From: Octopus bimaculoides
Lineage: Eukaryota
Reading direction: 5' to 3'
DNA length: 64,000 nucleotides
Assembly: GCF_001194135.2 (NCBI RefSeq)
Contig: NC_068983.1
Coordinates: forward strand, 48,776,828 to 48,840,827
Shown here: one piece after another, positions 50,201-63,580 of the stretch
How the letters are laid out: every line of letters starts with the position of its first letter
Position numbering within the stretch: the first letter of the stretch is position 1
Position numbers and translations under genes: made by a program
Notes under the pieces: model-generated
Told to the model about the DNA's origin: nothing
Database searches by the model: none
What the model saw: the letters and a program-made list of their open reading frames with translations, nothing else

Positions 50201-52654
50201 CATTGACATCATGGAATACTAATATCCACTTAAATGTAAACACTTTCAATATGTTCTTTCTATTTAGACTAATAGCAGATGCAAACTGCTTAAATCCAAA
50301 TGCCGAGAGTTATGAAATATATATGTGTATCTGTTTGCAATCTACCTGGAGATGATTTTGAAAATGATTAAGTTTTAATGAGTAATAAGTTTTTGAGAAA
50401 GGAATGATTAAAAAGGACGTCGAGTATTGAATTATTAGCGATGGACAGTGGATGATAACAAACGGATATGAACCGTCAGGGAAAGTTTAGGTTACAATTA
50501 CTTACTGCAATATTAAAACGGTTGGAAAATATCAAATTAGAACGTGCTTGTTTGCAGCTTGGACTAGTTTTAGCCCTCATTTGAAAATACACACCTGCAT
50601 TAAATTTAGAAAAAAGAATTAACAATACAAAAGCTATGTTTCATGGAAGTAGTCTAACAAGGCTGAGAACCATTAGTTGTCTTCAGAAATAATTACAAAT
50701 AACCAATGAGGTGGCATGTTCTTTTACTAAGCAGCAATTCCGATACTCATTGCATTTGGTATACTTCACTGAAGAGGTTTAATATAATTAGAACATATTC
50801 GATTTGCTTCAATGACTTGCGGAAATAATTAGCGTTAGTCACTGACCTAATGCAGATTTGCCACACCACATTATTAGTTTTAATTAACGCCGTGATATTC
50901 ATGGCATTAAATGCGTTAGCAAAATTGTAATTACTGCTATCTCATCTTCATATAGTGTCTCTGAATAATGTTTTCCGGTGCTTTATTTCTCAAATAATTC
51001 TTAGAATAAGACGCGAAAAGTTTAATAGAGTATTGCAATATCAACCTATATGTCTCAATTATAAATCTTTATATGTATCATCTTAATTCGTAGGAGTTAC
51101 CTATTAGGAATTTGTAGCAGTTCTATAGGGACAGTATAGAAACTGTGTGCCTTGTGTATTCAGAAGACCAATTTCAACATGAAGTCACAAGGGGAACCAG
51201 AATAAGTGCTAATGTTCAAGTAAATTATGTCGCATTGTGAACTATAATGAGAAGCCAAATCATAGGCGGACATATCCAGACACATATACATGCACACAAT
51301 TTTCCTGAAGCTCTGAAAAATAAGGAAAGGAAACGCCAATAGTGGGCTTGAACTCATGAACCATGAGCAGATTTTTCAAATAATTAGCTATTGGGCAGTT
51401 TTGTTTCGGTAATGGATCCATTAATAACTGCATAAGAATATGGGTAGAGTAAAGAATTTAAATAATGGTATGGTACGTTGTACAGTATATGGATTAGGAA
51501 TGAAAGACCAGGTCAAGTTAGTATTGGCATAAAGCTTACATGTCGATAAATACTCAATAAATAATAGCATTGATAGGCGTTATTAATTACCATAATTTTG
51601 ATTAATCGTAATATTCCGTTCAGTCATTTAGGTCAGTATTGAAAATTAATCTGTGATATTTCTCGTGTTTGGTTTTCCATCTTAATATATTGCTAACCGT
51701 TGATGTTCGTAGTATTTCATCTGTGATAGGTGAGATCTATGAGATTATTGTTGTATTTGATCACCGCAAATTGGTATAGGTTTGGGAAAAGAGCGTAGAG
51801 GATGCTGGGGATGATTGGTGCGATAAATACTTAAACTAAGTGGTTAGCGGTAAGTGAGGTTAAGATTGGCGCGCGAAGATTGAAATTTAGTGACTGTTAA
51901 AAAAATAGATATACTAAAACAATATGTTGTTTTTTTTAAGTACTTGTAAGGGAAGTTTTTTTCAATGAACAAGCTGACATGTTTTACGAGGTGGTCTGTT
52001 ACGTAGACCATATGATTTATTCTCTACATTGTTAACCACTGTTCACTACACAGCGACATATTTATATAAGCAAATATGGAAGAAAATGCGAGGAAAAGGA
52101 AATATTAACAAAGGAAAATACGAGAGAACAAATAAACGTGGGGGAGGTTTAAAAATAAATAAGAAATAGGAAAAGATGAAAGATGGAATAATGAAAAGGT
52201 AAGAAAAGCAGATGGCATAGGAACGAAGAAAAGAACTACAAGAAAAAAAAACTCAGTTCGAAGCACAAAAGTAAAGGAAATAACAGGAAAGAAAATCATG
52301 GAACATAAAAATGTGAAGAAAATATGAGTATAGAAATATAAAAGAGTAAATTCAATATTTGTCTCTTATTAACCGAATATTTTTTCAGATGAATCTCTAA
52401 TATTGACTAAGCAAAGATTTGCGCCATTTTTTTTTTTATTATAGAATGGGGCGTAAAAAATATACAAATCTAAAGTTATAAAATTTTAAATTAACTTTGT
52501 ATATATTTAGGCAGCCCATATACACTTATACATACACGAGATTACCAACAGGCACACAGTTGCACCCACACACATCTATAATAATATGTGTTCATATAGA
52601 ATCATATATACATACATACGTATGCCTATATGTGTGATCATATATATTCTTAGA

Positions 52655-52696
52655 TATGTGTGTGTGTATGCATATATATGTGTATATCAGCTACTT

Positions 52697-52781
<85 letters not shown>

Positions 52782-52785
52782 TGTG
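52655..52785. repeat. Compound (CA)(TA)(TG) microsatellite
   Basis: Direct reading. Confidence 0.9.
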
Positions 52786-53637
52786 ACTACGTAAAGCTAT
52801 GTGTATGGCTTTTAGTGGTCTTTTAATGTTGCGTAGTATAAAAGACTGTGTGTGTGTGTGTGTTTTCTTTTTATTCTTCACAAAGTGTTTCATTATGAAA
52901 AGAGCGGAGTACGATAACGATTTCCCGCCAGATATTTACTTTCATCTCACACAATTGGATTAAGCAACATTATATATTTATTCATTTATATATTTATTCA
53001 TTCACGTTTTTCCTTTTGTTTTCTCTCTCTCTCTCTCTCTGACTGTAAGTGTGAGTATTTTGTGAGTGTTTGTGTGTTATTGTTTTACAACAATATTCAG
53101 GATAACATTTGAATCGTTGCAGTGAAAGTAATATTTGATATTTTTTTTGCAGACCGTGTGTAAGCTTAAATATTCTTATCAGATATCGACTTTTGAAAGT
53201 TATATTATTGAACAATAAATAAATTTTCATTTAGCAAGTACTGCAACAAAATCTCCATGAAAAATAAAGCAAAATAAATTAAAAATATTTAAAAAATAGT
53301 ACTTTCTCGATAAGAATTTTTGAATAGAAAAGAAAACACACACACACATATATATATATAAAGCATATATATAAAACAAAGAAATGTAGAAACGAAAATA
53401 CCCTAATAACAAGAGATCTGCAGATGGTTATTTGCTTTTTCGTATAGATATTTACCCAGATACAGGGCAACTTGGCAGGAATCTTGTAACGCGTTTACAT
53501 AGATGAGAGTGCATTTTGACTAGCTTCCTCAAATTTTTCCTCTGTATGTATATTTTCATATATACTTATTCACATATGTACATATACAAGCATATACATA
53601 CATTCGCATGCATAGACATACATTCGAATACATAGGC

Positions 53638-53669
<32 letters not shown>

Positions 53670-53670
53670 G

Positions 53671-53701
<31 letters not shown>

Positions 53702-54477
53702 GAGATATATATGTATATATATATATATAGATATATATCGAGATATATTATCAGTGTTATGATTAAAAACTTTGTCTAAGCATTGTGCCTATGTTAAAAA
53801 TCATTATTATTAAAACATTTATGTTTATTTATTGTATTTGTATTATCAGCAAATTCTGATATTCATTTATTGTATTATCAGCAAATTTAAAGTAAACATC
53901 GAATACTGACGAAATTTTCGTTGATTGTTGACAGCGTGTTTACCGTGCAAGTGGGAGACTAACGTTACAGATGCTTTGCCTTCAAAGGAGGAAAGACAAG
54001 TTTATTTAAATTCTTCGTTGTGTCTCGTCAATGAAGAAACAGATGCTGCATTAAAAATTGGGATGGATTTGAAGTAGCCTCAAAAATAGAATGATGGGGG
54101 TATCAATAAGTGGACATCTTTGCGATGTTGGTTACAATATACTAAAAATTATGTATGCCATCGATGCTGTAAAGTAATATCAACTTACGTAAAGGTAGAC
54201 ATAATTGTATAGTAGAAAAACACACATCAGCATTCTCCGACTTCGTAAATTAGAAATTTCTGAAATGAACATTCAGCTTTTGACTTCAAGTATATAAAAC
54301 AACTTATGTATTGTGTAGTTCGGTTTAATTGATCAAAATACGTTACAGAGACGCATTTTAGTACTTTTTGCTCTGATCATTCATTAAAGTCCTAAAGTTA
54401 TTCAATGCAAAGCGTATTAAAATGCCGAGTAACTAAACAGTAACCAATTATAACTAAATATTAGTATTATTTCGATT

Positions 54478-54655
54478 AAGGCGCAGAATCGTTAGCACGA
54501 CGGGCAAAGTTCTTAACGACATTTCGTCCGAATTTATATTCTAGAATCAACTTCAGCCGAGCTCGACTTTACTTTTCGTCCCTTTGAATTAACGAAGTAA
54601 GAACGATCAATAAAATACGTACCAGTTGAGTATTGGGGTCGGTGAATTTGACTTA
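54478..54655 (+). mobile_element. Degenerate SINE A
   Basis: GCAGAATCGTTAGCACGACGGGC...GCCGAGCTCGACTTTAC...TACCAGTTGAGTATTGGGGTCG. Confidence 0.7.
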
Positions 54656-55495
54656 GCAGCCATGCTGAAATCACTGGACTCTTGCCAAAATCTGAAACCA
54701 ATATTCTTTGAATTATTTGAGCAAATACTGGAGAACTTTCTGTCTTCGTATGACCTCGACAGTGAAGTATAGGTTTCAACGTACTCACAGGAATAGGAGT
54801 TAAATATAATATCCTGTATATTGAAGGGCTTATTTAAATAAATGTCTAGGAAATAAATACACAGCGCCATACTGATGAAAAACGATTCTTCGTTTGTAAT
54901 GCTTAATACGTAGGACAATATAATTATCATCGCTTATTAACTTCATTTGTCAATGCACAAGACTGCTGAGAAATGGAAGTTATGTTTCTCTCGTATAGTG
55001 GTCGGTAGCTATTTTACATAAGTAGTGTAAGAGAAATGAAAACATAATCACTGTTAGATTTGAACAAAAATATTCTGCTTATGAACAACTTTGTTAATAA
55101 TAAGCTGTTTGGGACTAATCTTTCTCACAATTCTCATTACCATCCTCGTGATGGAGACTAAAACCCAACAAATATATTCCTAACTACTGTCAAATGTATA
55201 AACTAAAATATTTACCTGCAAATCCAAGGATATCACTGACGTATGTTGGTACAGCTTATACGAAATTAGCTCCATCATCATTTCCCTAATTCCTCAAGAT
55301 TTCATCGAAAAACTTACTACCCAGGAGAAATGTCGTTGTGTATTATTTATGGATCACAGATTAACGATAGTTTCGTACGTTAATCCAACGGCGCAAGTTC
55401 ACAAAGAAAACGTCTGTTAAGTAATTTATGCGCTAACCATTCAGCACATGGGATTGAGGGTCGATATTGGGATTTCAAAAGAATCAAAACAATAC

Positions 55496-55544
<49 letters not shown>

Positions 55545-55590
55545 AAGCGCGTTTATGTATACACGTTTTGTTACTGTATATTTTATGAAG

Positions 55591-55978
55591 TGTGGAGGTG
55601 CAATGGCCTAGTGGTTAGGGCAGCGGGCTCGCGGTCATAGGATCACGGTTTCGATTCCCAGACTGGGCGTTGTGAGTGTTTATTGGGCGAAAACACCTAA
55701 AGCTCCACGAGGCTCCGGCAGGGGATGGTGTTGAACCCTGCTGTACTCTTTCACCACAACTTTCTCTCACTCTTTCTTCCTGTTTCTGTTCTACCTGTAT
55801 TTCAAAAGGGCCAGCCTTTTCACACTGTGTCACGCTGAATATCCCCGGGAACTACGTTAAGGGTACACGTATCTGTAGAATGCTCAGCCACTTGCACGTT
55901 AATTTCACGAGCAGGCTGTTCCGTTGATCGGATCAACTGGAACGCTCGACGTCGTAAGCGACAGAGTGCTAACAACAA
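55591..55978 (+). mobile_element. SINE C, full-length, with 9-bp TSD
   Basis: Head TGTGGAGGTGCAATGGCCTAGTGGTTAGGGCAGCG...GGTTTCGATTCCC, (AAC)n end, TTTATGAAG at 55582-55590 and 55979-55987. Confidence 0.92.
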
Positions 55979-56199
55979 TTTATGAAGCACATTATAGATT
56001 AGCAATCGTTTCTCGCTTTCCACAAATTTTACATCCTTAGTGTAAATATGTGAACGGTTTCAAAAAAACAGTAATATGAAATTAGTACATATTTTTACTA
56101 ATATTTTGTGTCTAAAAACAACAGAAACCGTAGAATCTGCGCTGCGGATGCTGCTTTGACTATAACTACTACCGCTTTGCGTAGTAATAATCCTTTCTA

Positions 56200-56880
56200 C
56201 TAAAGGCACGAGGCTTGAGGAGACTAAGAACACTATACTTGTAGCGCAAGACCAAGTTTAAACCACAAATTGGAGGGTCAGTCTTAGAAACGAGCAAGTG
56301 GCTCCATTGTGCTGAATATGCAAATAATTTGATGAAACTCTTTTCTATGTTGTATATGAATCTCCAAGACGTGTATAAAACCACTTTACGTTGGGGCAAC
56401 ATGACGTGGTACCAAACATTCTGCATTGGAAACTGAATGGGAAGCAGGGGTTTGAGAGAGGTAAGACATGGTAAATCCACAAAACACAGAGAGTGACCGA
56501 GATGGAGACTTGTTAAATTCCAAGGGATTTCCCAACTGAAATGGGCCAGATATTTGAGTGCAACAAACCGGATGTAGCGGAGGTGGACGGAGTAACCCGA
56601 ATGCGCTCTATAATTGATGCTGCATGCCAATTTGACTCCGTAAGAAGGAAGGTGAGAAAGACGTATACAGTCCTCTTAAATATGATATAACCCGAGTGTC
56701 GAAGAGGAAAAAAATGTGAAGATAATGCCGAATATTATTAGGGCCTTGTGAAGAGTATCCCAAGATACTCAAAGGAATGACAAAAAATGACAATAGAGTG
56801 TCCGGTAGATCTGGTGCGAAATCTTTACTGCCTCGTCACGGCCAGAACCGTTACAAAAATATTAGAGATTTGAAAGGAAG
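56200..56880 (+). mobile_element. R4/Dong-type LINE 3' remnant: CCHC knuckle and restriction-like endonuclease
   Basis: Across frames: TKNTILVAQDQV; PLC.ICK; HDVVPNILHWKLNGK.GFERGKTW; CNKPDV (HNRPD-like); IIDAACQFD; KEGEK; IMPNIIRAL; LPRHGQNRYK region corresponding to LLGTARIIRKVL. The 153-aa minus-strand ORF is its antisense shadow. Confidence 0.75.
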
Positions 56881-58689
56881 AAATAGCATGGTACTGTAAA
56901 ATGCAGGGAACACGCATACAATTTATGGAACAATGCAGAAGTTCCAACAAAACCCAAACAAAAGAAAACAATAATAATTATAATAATAATAATTGTCAGA
57001 TACAAACAAAAATGACACATATTTCTAATAGTGATAACCAGTCTTTTTTTTTTTTTTCTTTTCGAAACGGTATCATTGTTGTCGAATTGCTCCTATGAGG
57101 AAATGAAACATTATATTGTTTATATTGTTTATAGCGGAAGAAATGCGGGAAGATGAAACATTAGCCACTAGGCATGATCATCAAACAATGGTGGATAGGA
57201 TGATATATACTCGGAAAGGACATTGTATAAGATATATAGAAAAATAGATCAGATGTTATTACGACCTGCAGTCACTCTAATCAAATAACATCTGTCTATT
57301 CGCGTATATCACGTTTCTGGTAATACTGGGTTTTGAATTAGTCTCAAAGTTTTCTTTACTTTTATTGCAGTTAAGCACCGTAAGGTAAAATAACCGTTTT
57401 GATTTTCTAGTTAGATTACGGAACTATAAAGAAAATAATTCATATGGGATGTGTAAACTCGATTAACCAATTAGAAATGATACCTGTAAAAGCTTCAAAA
57501 CCCGACGCTGCTTACATTGCGTCGGATCAAAAATATTGTACTACAAGGCCACACTAAGAAAGAAAGAAAACGCTTTTGTATTTCAATTAACTCAGAAATC
57601 GATAATTTATATGAATATAAATATGCAAAACATTACTGGTTTCCGTCAAATAGCTGTAATATCTGTATATTTGTTACTTGTAAGGGAGTGTGTGTACTAT
57701 GTAATGTGTACTATGCATTCTCACATTTATAGGTGTCTATATAGTCACGAGCAATAATCCCCTTGGTAATGATCCAGAATGCAGATAACGAATAAAGGGC
57801 TGCGTTAGCACAGGGCTGGTAAATATTTTTCAGTTCAGTTAGCTAGGGCCACGCGGAATAAACTGTGTTGCTCAAGGCCACAACGCAAGAACAAGTCGAG
57901 AAATCGAATTCACGAAATAAAGATCATTAGACAACACCAAACCACTATGTATTTACAGTCAATTGAATAGTTATTTTTAAAATGTGCAACATAGATATCC
58001 AATTTAGACTAGAGTGTTTGAATTATTAACGCAACTTCTAACTGAATGATCCAGCAAAAGAAACACCAATTAAAAAACAAAACGAATCGTGATTGCTTAT
58101 CTTTGACCTGACTCCAGTTATATGAACAATTTAGTCATTCGTGAAATATAAAGATTACATAATAATAGTAGCTTTCACCGGAAGTCGTGTATTGATATCT
58201 ATTGTCAAGATATTAGAGTGGAAAATCTTTGTTAGAAAATCGATATACCATTATCAAAAATCAAAATAGTTGATCATAAATTACAAAAGCTTAGACCGAG
58301 TACAATAGTTTGTAGAAGAGGTCGATAAGTTTACTTCCCCTGGATACTGAAAAATATTGCAATTCACTCATCGACTGAATTGTTATATTAACACAATTTG
58401 CGAGTGTTGTTATCCGCTCTGGAAATAGAAGCTAGAAATGTTATGCGTCATGATTAAGATAATGGATAGGAATCCGTGCGAAAAATGTTGTGCAAGGATC
58501 CGGAATCTATGGTCACTTTACCATTCTTATGTTTTTTTTACGTTAAGTTTTCTTCTGAAGCTTACATTTGTTAGTTTTTAGATTTTATATGCTGACAACA
58601 GTTTCTTTTCTTTATCGTTTTTATATTTCAAAATATGAAATATTGAAAATGGTATACATATTCGGTTCAAATTTTCTTCACGAGTCCAG

Positions 58690-59300
58690 GAAGATCGGGA
58701 AGGGGATATGTTGATTTAATGGGCCCAGTACTCAACTCGTACTTATTTTATCGACCCCGAAATGATGAAAGACGAGGTCGCCTTCGGTGAAACTTGACGT
58801 AGAGAAGGACAAAATGTCACTAAGCATTTTGCCCGGCCTTCTAATGGTTCTACCAACTCTGCCGCCGTAAAAATAGTATTCATATTGACAGTTTTACTTT
58901 TTGCTGAATTTGTGGAGCGTCTGGGGAAAATGCCTTGCAATATTTCTGCTACTTTTCGTTCTAATTTCGAATTACGCCAAGTTCATTTTAGCCTTTCATC
59001 CCTCCAAGGTGTATAAATTAAAGTGTTATTCAATTACTTCGGCCGATGGTGTCGAATAAGTCCTACCTCAAAGGTGTTTGTCTAAAGTGGAAACTTTTAT
59101 TTATAGCAGCGAACTAACAGAATCATTACCGCGTCGGACAAAATGCTTAGCGAAATTTCGTCCATATTTATATCCTGATGCAATAAAATCGCCATACCTA
59201 CTTTGAGTGTCATCGTTTCGAGGTCACTAAAATAAGTAAAAGTTACATACTAGGGTCGATGCATCTCCTCCAAAATTTGGGACTGTGCCGAGTTTAGAAA
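58690..59300. mobile_element. Cluster of three degenerate SINE A copies (minus, plus, plus)
   Basis: TTTATCGACCCCGAAATGATGAAAG (reverse core) near 58750; CCTTTCATCCCTCCAAGG near 58995; CAGAATCATTACCGCGTCGGACAAAATGCTTAGCGAAATTTCGTCC near 59120. Confidence 0.65.
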
Positions 59301-59367
59301 AGTTTATCATGGGATAATTTACAGTTCTATATTTAAGAGATGAGGAACTATGTATATTATTTACATT

Positions 59368-60590
59368 TGACGGATATTTTTCCTCATCTTTATTTCGACT
59401 GATATACCCTTCAGCCTTCATCAGGTGTCTAGGGGAAATTTAGAACCTGGGTTGTCATTCCTAAGGTATTTTTCGATATTAGTATTGTTCATGTCGCTAC
59501 CTGGACTCGAACTCGGAATCTTATGGCTAATAAATTTTAGGGTTTATAAATCTAATATTGTTCTATCCTTCCTTAATACCGGTTCCCATATGCTGCTTAT
59601 ATATGCACTACGTCTGCTTAGGAGGTTGGTGTGTCCTAGCATATGTGCTGCTTCTTTTAGTTTTAGTAATTTGCAGTGGTGTTCTCTATTATTTTAATTT
59701 GATACCATTTTTCCATACGTGATCAGCTATACCCGATTTATCAATATCTCCTCCTGTCACAGCTTTGTGGTGTTCATATTCTCTTAATTTTTTTTTTTTT
59801 ACACCGAAGTTCTTTAAGGGGTGTAAAAATTAATAAAATGTACTTTAAAGTGTTGGAGGTTATACGAATGTTACAAATTTAATTATAGAAACACTAATCG
59901 CGTCGTTTGTTTTGCTATTCTATTTCTAAACAAATTGTACTATTTGAGAGAAAACAATCTACCATTATTTGAATTAATTCGAACTATTCGAATTATTTTT
60001 ACGAAATTAAATTCTCTCCATTATTTATATTTGGCGGATATTTGTCCTCATCTTGTTTGTTGTTAACCCTCCAGCCTTCATCAAGTTTCTTGGGGAAATT
60101 TTGAACCTGGGTATTTTTCGATGTTACTATTATTGTTCAGGTCACTGCTTGGAATCAAACTCGGAATCTTGGGGTCATTAATATTTTTCTATCCTTCCTT
60201 AATACCGGTTCCCATATGCTATGCTGTACATGTCTGCACTCGGTCTGCTTAGGAGGTTGTTGTGTCCTAGCATATATGCTGCTTCTTTTAGTTTTCGTAT
60301 TTTCCAGTGGTGTTCTCTATTATTTTAACTTCATACCATTTTACCATACATGATCAGCTATACTCGATTTATCAATATCTCCTCGTGTCACACCTTTGTG
60401 GTGTTCATCTACTCTTATTTTGAGGAGGCGACATGTTTCGCTATTGTATAACGTACCACAACTGCGTGGGATCGAGTAATGCATTCTTTGGTCATACTCT
60501 CTTCTATTAGTGGTTTTACTCGAAGGAGATATTTGCGAAGTGTTGTAGTATTCTTGAAAACTGTCCTGATGTGATATGGGCCGCATGTCC
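59368..60590 (-). mobile_element. Penelope-like element: two tandem 3' ends (GIY-YIG C-terminus and terminal repeat)
   Basis: YSIPRSCGTLYNSETCRLLKIRVDEHHKGVTRGDIDKSSIADHVW (ORF 60341-60586) and LKEAAH/AYMLGH.NLLSR.S..I..IWEPVLRKDR occur in both 59368-59790 and 60026-60590. Confidence 0.85.
59393..59430 (-). ncRNA. Truncated minimal hammerhead-ribozyme-like motif in Penelope-like terminal repeat
   Basis: Minus strand AGACAC-CTGATGA-A-GGCTG(aagggtatat)CAGTC-GAAA gives a catalytic core and 5-bp stem II. Stem III and the cleavage site are absent. Confidence 0.55.
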
Positions 60591-62994
60591 TTTGTATAAT
60601 AGTTTAAGTCTAAACATTATCTGCTGGATTTGGCTTGATGAATTGCGTTCCATAGTGGAATTCTTACACGCAGATTTTGTTACAATATTAATCATTCATG
60701 AAAATAGTTTGCAAATCAATCAGAGCCAAAACAAAATGAACAATATACAAACTTTGTCCTCACTGTACAAACGTATCAGACAAATGGCATTGTGATATTA
60801 ATTCGAGCTGGTAGGACAATCAAGAAATTGAAGCATACAATATCCCCGAATTTAATTATATTTGGTTAAATATGTAATACAGATGCAATGATTAGCAATT
60901 AATATTATTGTACTGAAATTAATTAACCACTTCCATCTTATGTATCTATTACAGCATATGTATATGTTGCACAGTAGCCGAAAGTGTGTAATTTTTGCGG
61001 GAGGGGTAATCGTACTTGTCTATTATTTCATTCCTCAGTCCTACGAGGAGGAAATGCAAAATTTATCTCAGAAACTTAAGAGCCAGAAATATACTGCGAG
61101 TTAGATGAATTTTTTTTGCTTTACTTTGTTGACTCTTTAGTCGTGAGTTTTAATGTTCACAAGGTAGATATTACCAGTTATTTCTCCGATAAAAATCCTT
61201 TCAGTAAAGAAATGGGTTGGGCGGGTTAAAAGTTGAGAACGAAATCTAATTATTATATGCCCGGTCAGGTGAAATCATTTTCGATGAAAATTCGTCTACA
61301 TGTCTTTTTCCTATATTTCTTTAACATTATTCCTCATTTCTTCATCACTACAAACTCTAGCATTATCTGACTGCAACGATAAACAATGGAATTATCTAGC
61401 ACTGAACATTTCAGTAAATTTAATGTATGCAATAAAATAAAACATACCTAAATAAATCTACATTATAAATACTACGAGAGAGAGGAGAAACAAAACTTGC
61501 GTTCTTTATAAGGTTATTGATGCGATTTCTATCACAACTTAAGGCAGATTTCGCTTCAAATGCAAATTTAAAAGAAACGAGATAATTTTTTTTTCAAGGA
61601 AATTACACTATATCACATGAAGAAATTGTTTTCAAAATTTAAAAAAAAACACTATTTTATAATTTGTTTGTTATGGTGAATATAAAGAACCAAATTATCC
61701 GTTGAGAAAACAAAGTAAAAGCTTCAAGTTAAATAAAATAATAAATAATTAATGTACTTACATTTTTTATTTTAATTTCTTACGTTCCTGTTGTATCCAC
61801 GCCCTCTGGATTGTCTCTAATGAATTACTTCTCAAGTATCTTGTTAAATTATTTTCACACTTGCATTTTGATTTAATCTGCATTTATTTTTTCTATTTTA
61901 TGTATTATCTTCAATTCTAGTAATTTTTAAAAATTGCTTTCCTTCTAAATTTTATTTTTGTTTTCGTTGTTTAAAAGAAAGGCCACTTGGAATGTCATAA
62001 GTGTCAACACTTCTCATTCTTTTTCTTCTCAATTTCTTGATCTTCACAAAAAAGAAAGAAAAGTGTTTTATTCGAAAATGCATTTTAAAAGGAGTAGATC
62101 TTAAAATAAACTAATTTTGATGCGTTAGTTGTTATTTAGCCAGCGTTTACTCGTCAGTGACATAAACTGCGATGTCTTGCGTTCGAATCGTCACCAGTCC
62201 AGCGTATTGCCATACATATTGTAAACACAATCATTCTATCTACTATTTCATTGTGTTATACTAGATTTAAGATAACAAATTGTGAACTTCAAAACATTTC
62301 TCTGCTAATTCCCCTCAGTTGGGTGACTGTAAGGGACAAAGTTGTGCGCTCGAATCACTAGTTATTACAATGCAATGAATGAGGGGAATTTATTTAATCA
62401 CTAAATTGGAAGACCGTCGCTAATTTTGGTTTTCTAGCAGAGTGTACCCACAGATTTGGCATCCGTTACAAAATAAACGAATATTTATTTTCCCTATAGC
62501 CTCAACATAACGACTTATATAGAAGATGTAATGTCAAGAAATAGAACCAGCACAACGCAGGTCTCATTGAATGCCGTATTAAAGACAGAAATAACGCCGA
62601 TCTGTTAGGCGACACGTTGTGCTACTCTGCATTTTTCTGCTATTCTTAACAACCTTGACAAATAACGTGTAATTTAGGTTTAAAGAAAACGTTTGTGTTT
62701 TTGCATGGAATGCTAGAGAATGCAGACAAATCTCTGGTAGATTTCTTTGTATTGTTGGGAAAGTGAAGGATATTTTGGATAAAGTAGGCTGGTAAAAGAT
62801 ACAAAATATGCTTTTGATGTTTATCATTAAGTCCACCAGCTGTTCTGCTACGAGTGAGGTAGTGCACAATAAAAAGAAAACAAATAGATATTAAGCTAGA
62901 CAAAGTGTGATTTAAAGATCCGGTAGTTATTTATCCTGCAACCTAACGTTTATATAATAGTTTCATTTACTTTTTTACTATATTTGTCCACGTA

Positions 62995-63091
62995 AGGCGG
63001 CGAGCTGTCAGAATCTTTAGCACGCCGGGGGAAATACTTAGTGGTATTGCGTTTGCCGAAATTTCGTTCTGAGTTCAAATTCCGCCGAGGT
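62995..63091 (+). mobile_element. SINE A 5' half
   Basis: AAGGCGGCGAGCTGTCAGAATCTTTAGCACGCCGGG...GAGTTCAAATTCCGCCGAGGT. Confidence 0.85.
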
Positions 63092-63094
63092 AGG

Positions 63095-63580
63095 CACATC
63101 AAGTGCTTGGATGAGGTAGTGCTGTTCCGGGCCAAGAGGGTGGCGGCTGAAAGGCCCTATGTGTGGCAATATGACCCTGCACCATGCCACACAAACAGGG
63201 GAACATAATCATGGCTGTCAGACAAATTCTGCAACCACATAACCCCTAAAATCTGGCCACCTAACTCCCTAGATTGCAATCCCCTTTATTGGACAAGAAA
63301 CCAACATAACTCCTTCTAACACTAAAGATGAGTGTGAAGGCAAGGGTTATGGCAGCATTCAGCATCTTAAACAAGGAGACCATCCAGAAGAATTGCAGGA
63401 GATTCCGAAGTCGTTTGGAGGCCGTAGTTGAAACCAAAGGCGATTTTATTGAACATGTTTACTCTTTAATATTTCAAGATATTTTTATGTGATTTTGGTA
63501 AATATATCTGTTAAAATGAGATGTCAGTGTTATTTTCATTCTTGCGTAATTTAGAGGATAATTTATTCATTGCATCATTG
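63095..63580 (+). mobile_element. Tc1/mariner DD37D (maT)-type transposase C-terminal remnant
   Basis: KCLDEVVL..KRVAAERPYVWQYDPAPCHTNRGT*SWLSDKFCNHITPKIWPPNSLDCNPL (37 residues follow the second D up to the deleted third D)...NKETIQKNCRRFRSRLEAVVETKGDFIE. Confidence 0.85.

Noticed and set aside
56169-56630. 153-aa minus-strand ORF
   Set aside because: Antisense to the RLE-LINE remnant; no independent coding signal
62678-62791. Open symmetric segment FKENVCVFAWNARECRQISGRF...DKVG
   Set aside because: Poor polypyrimidine tract and no recognisable homolog
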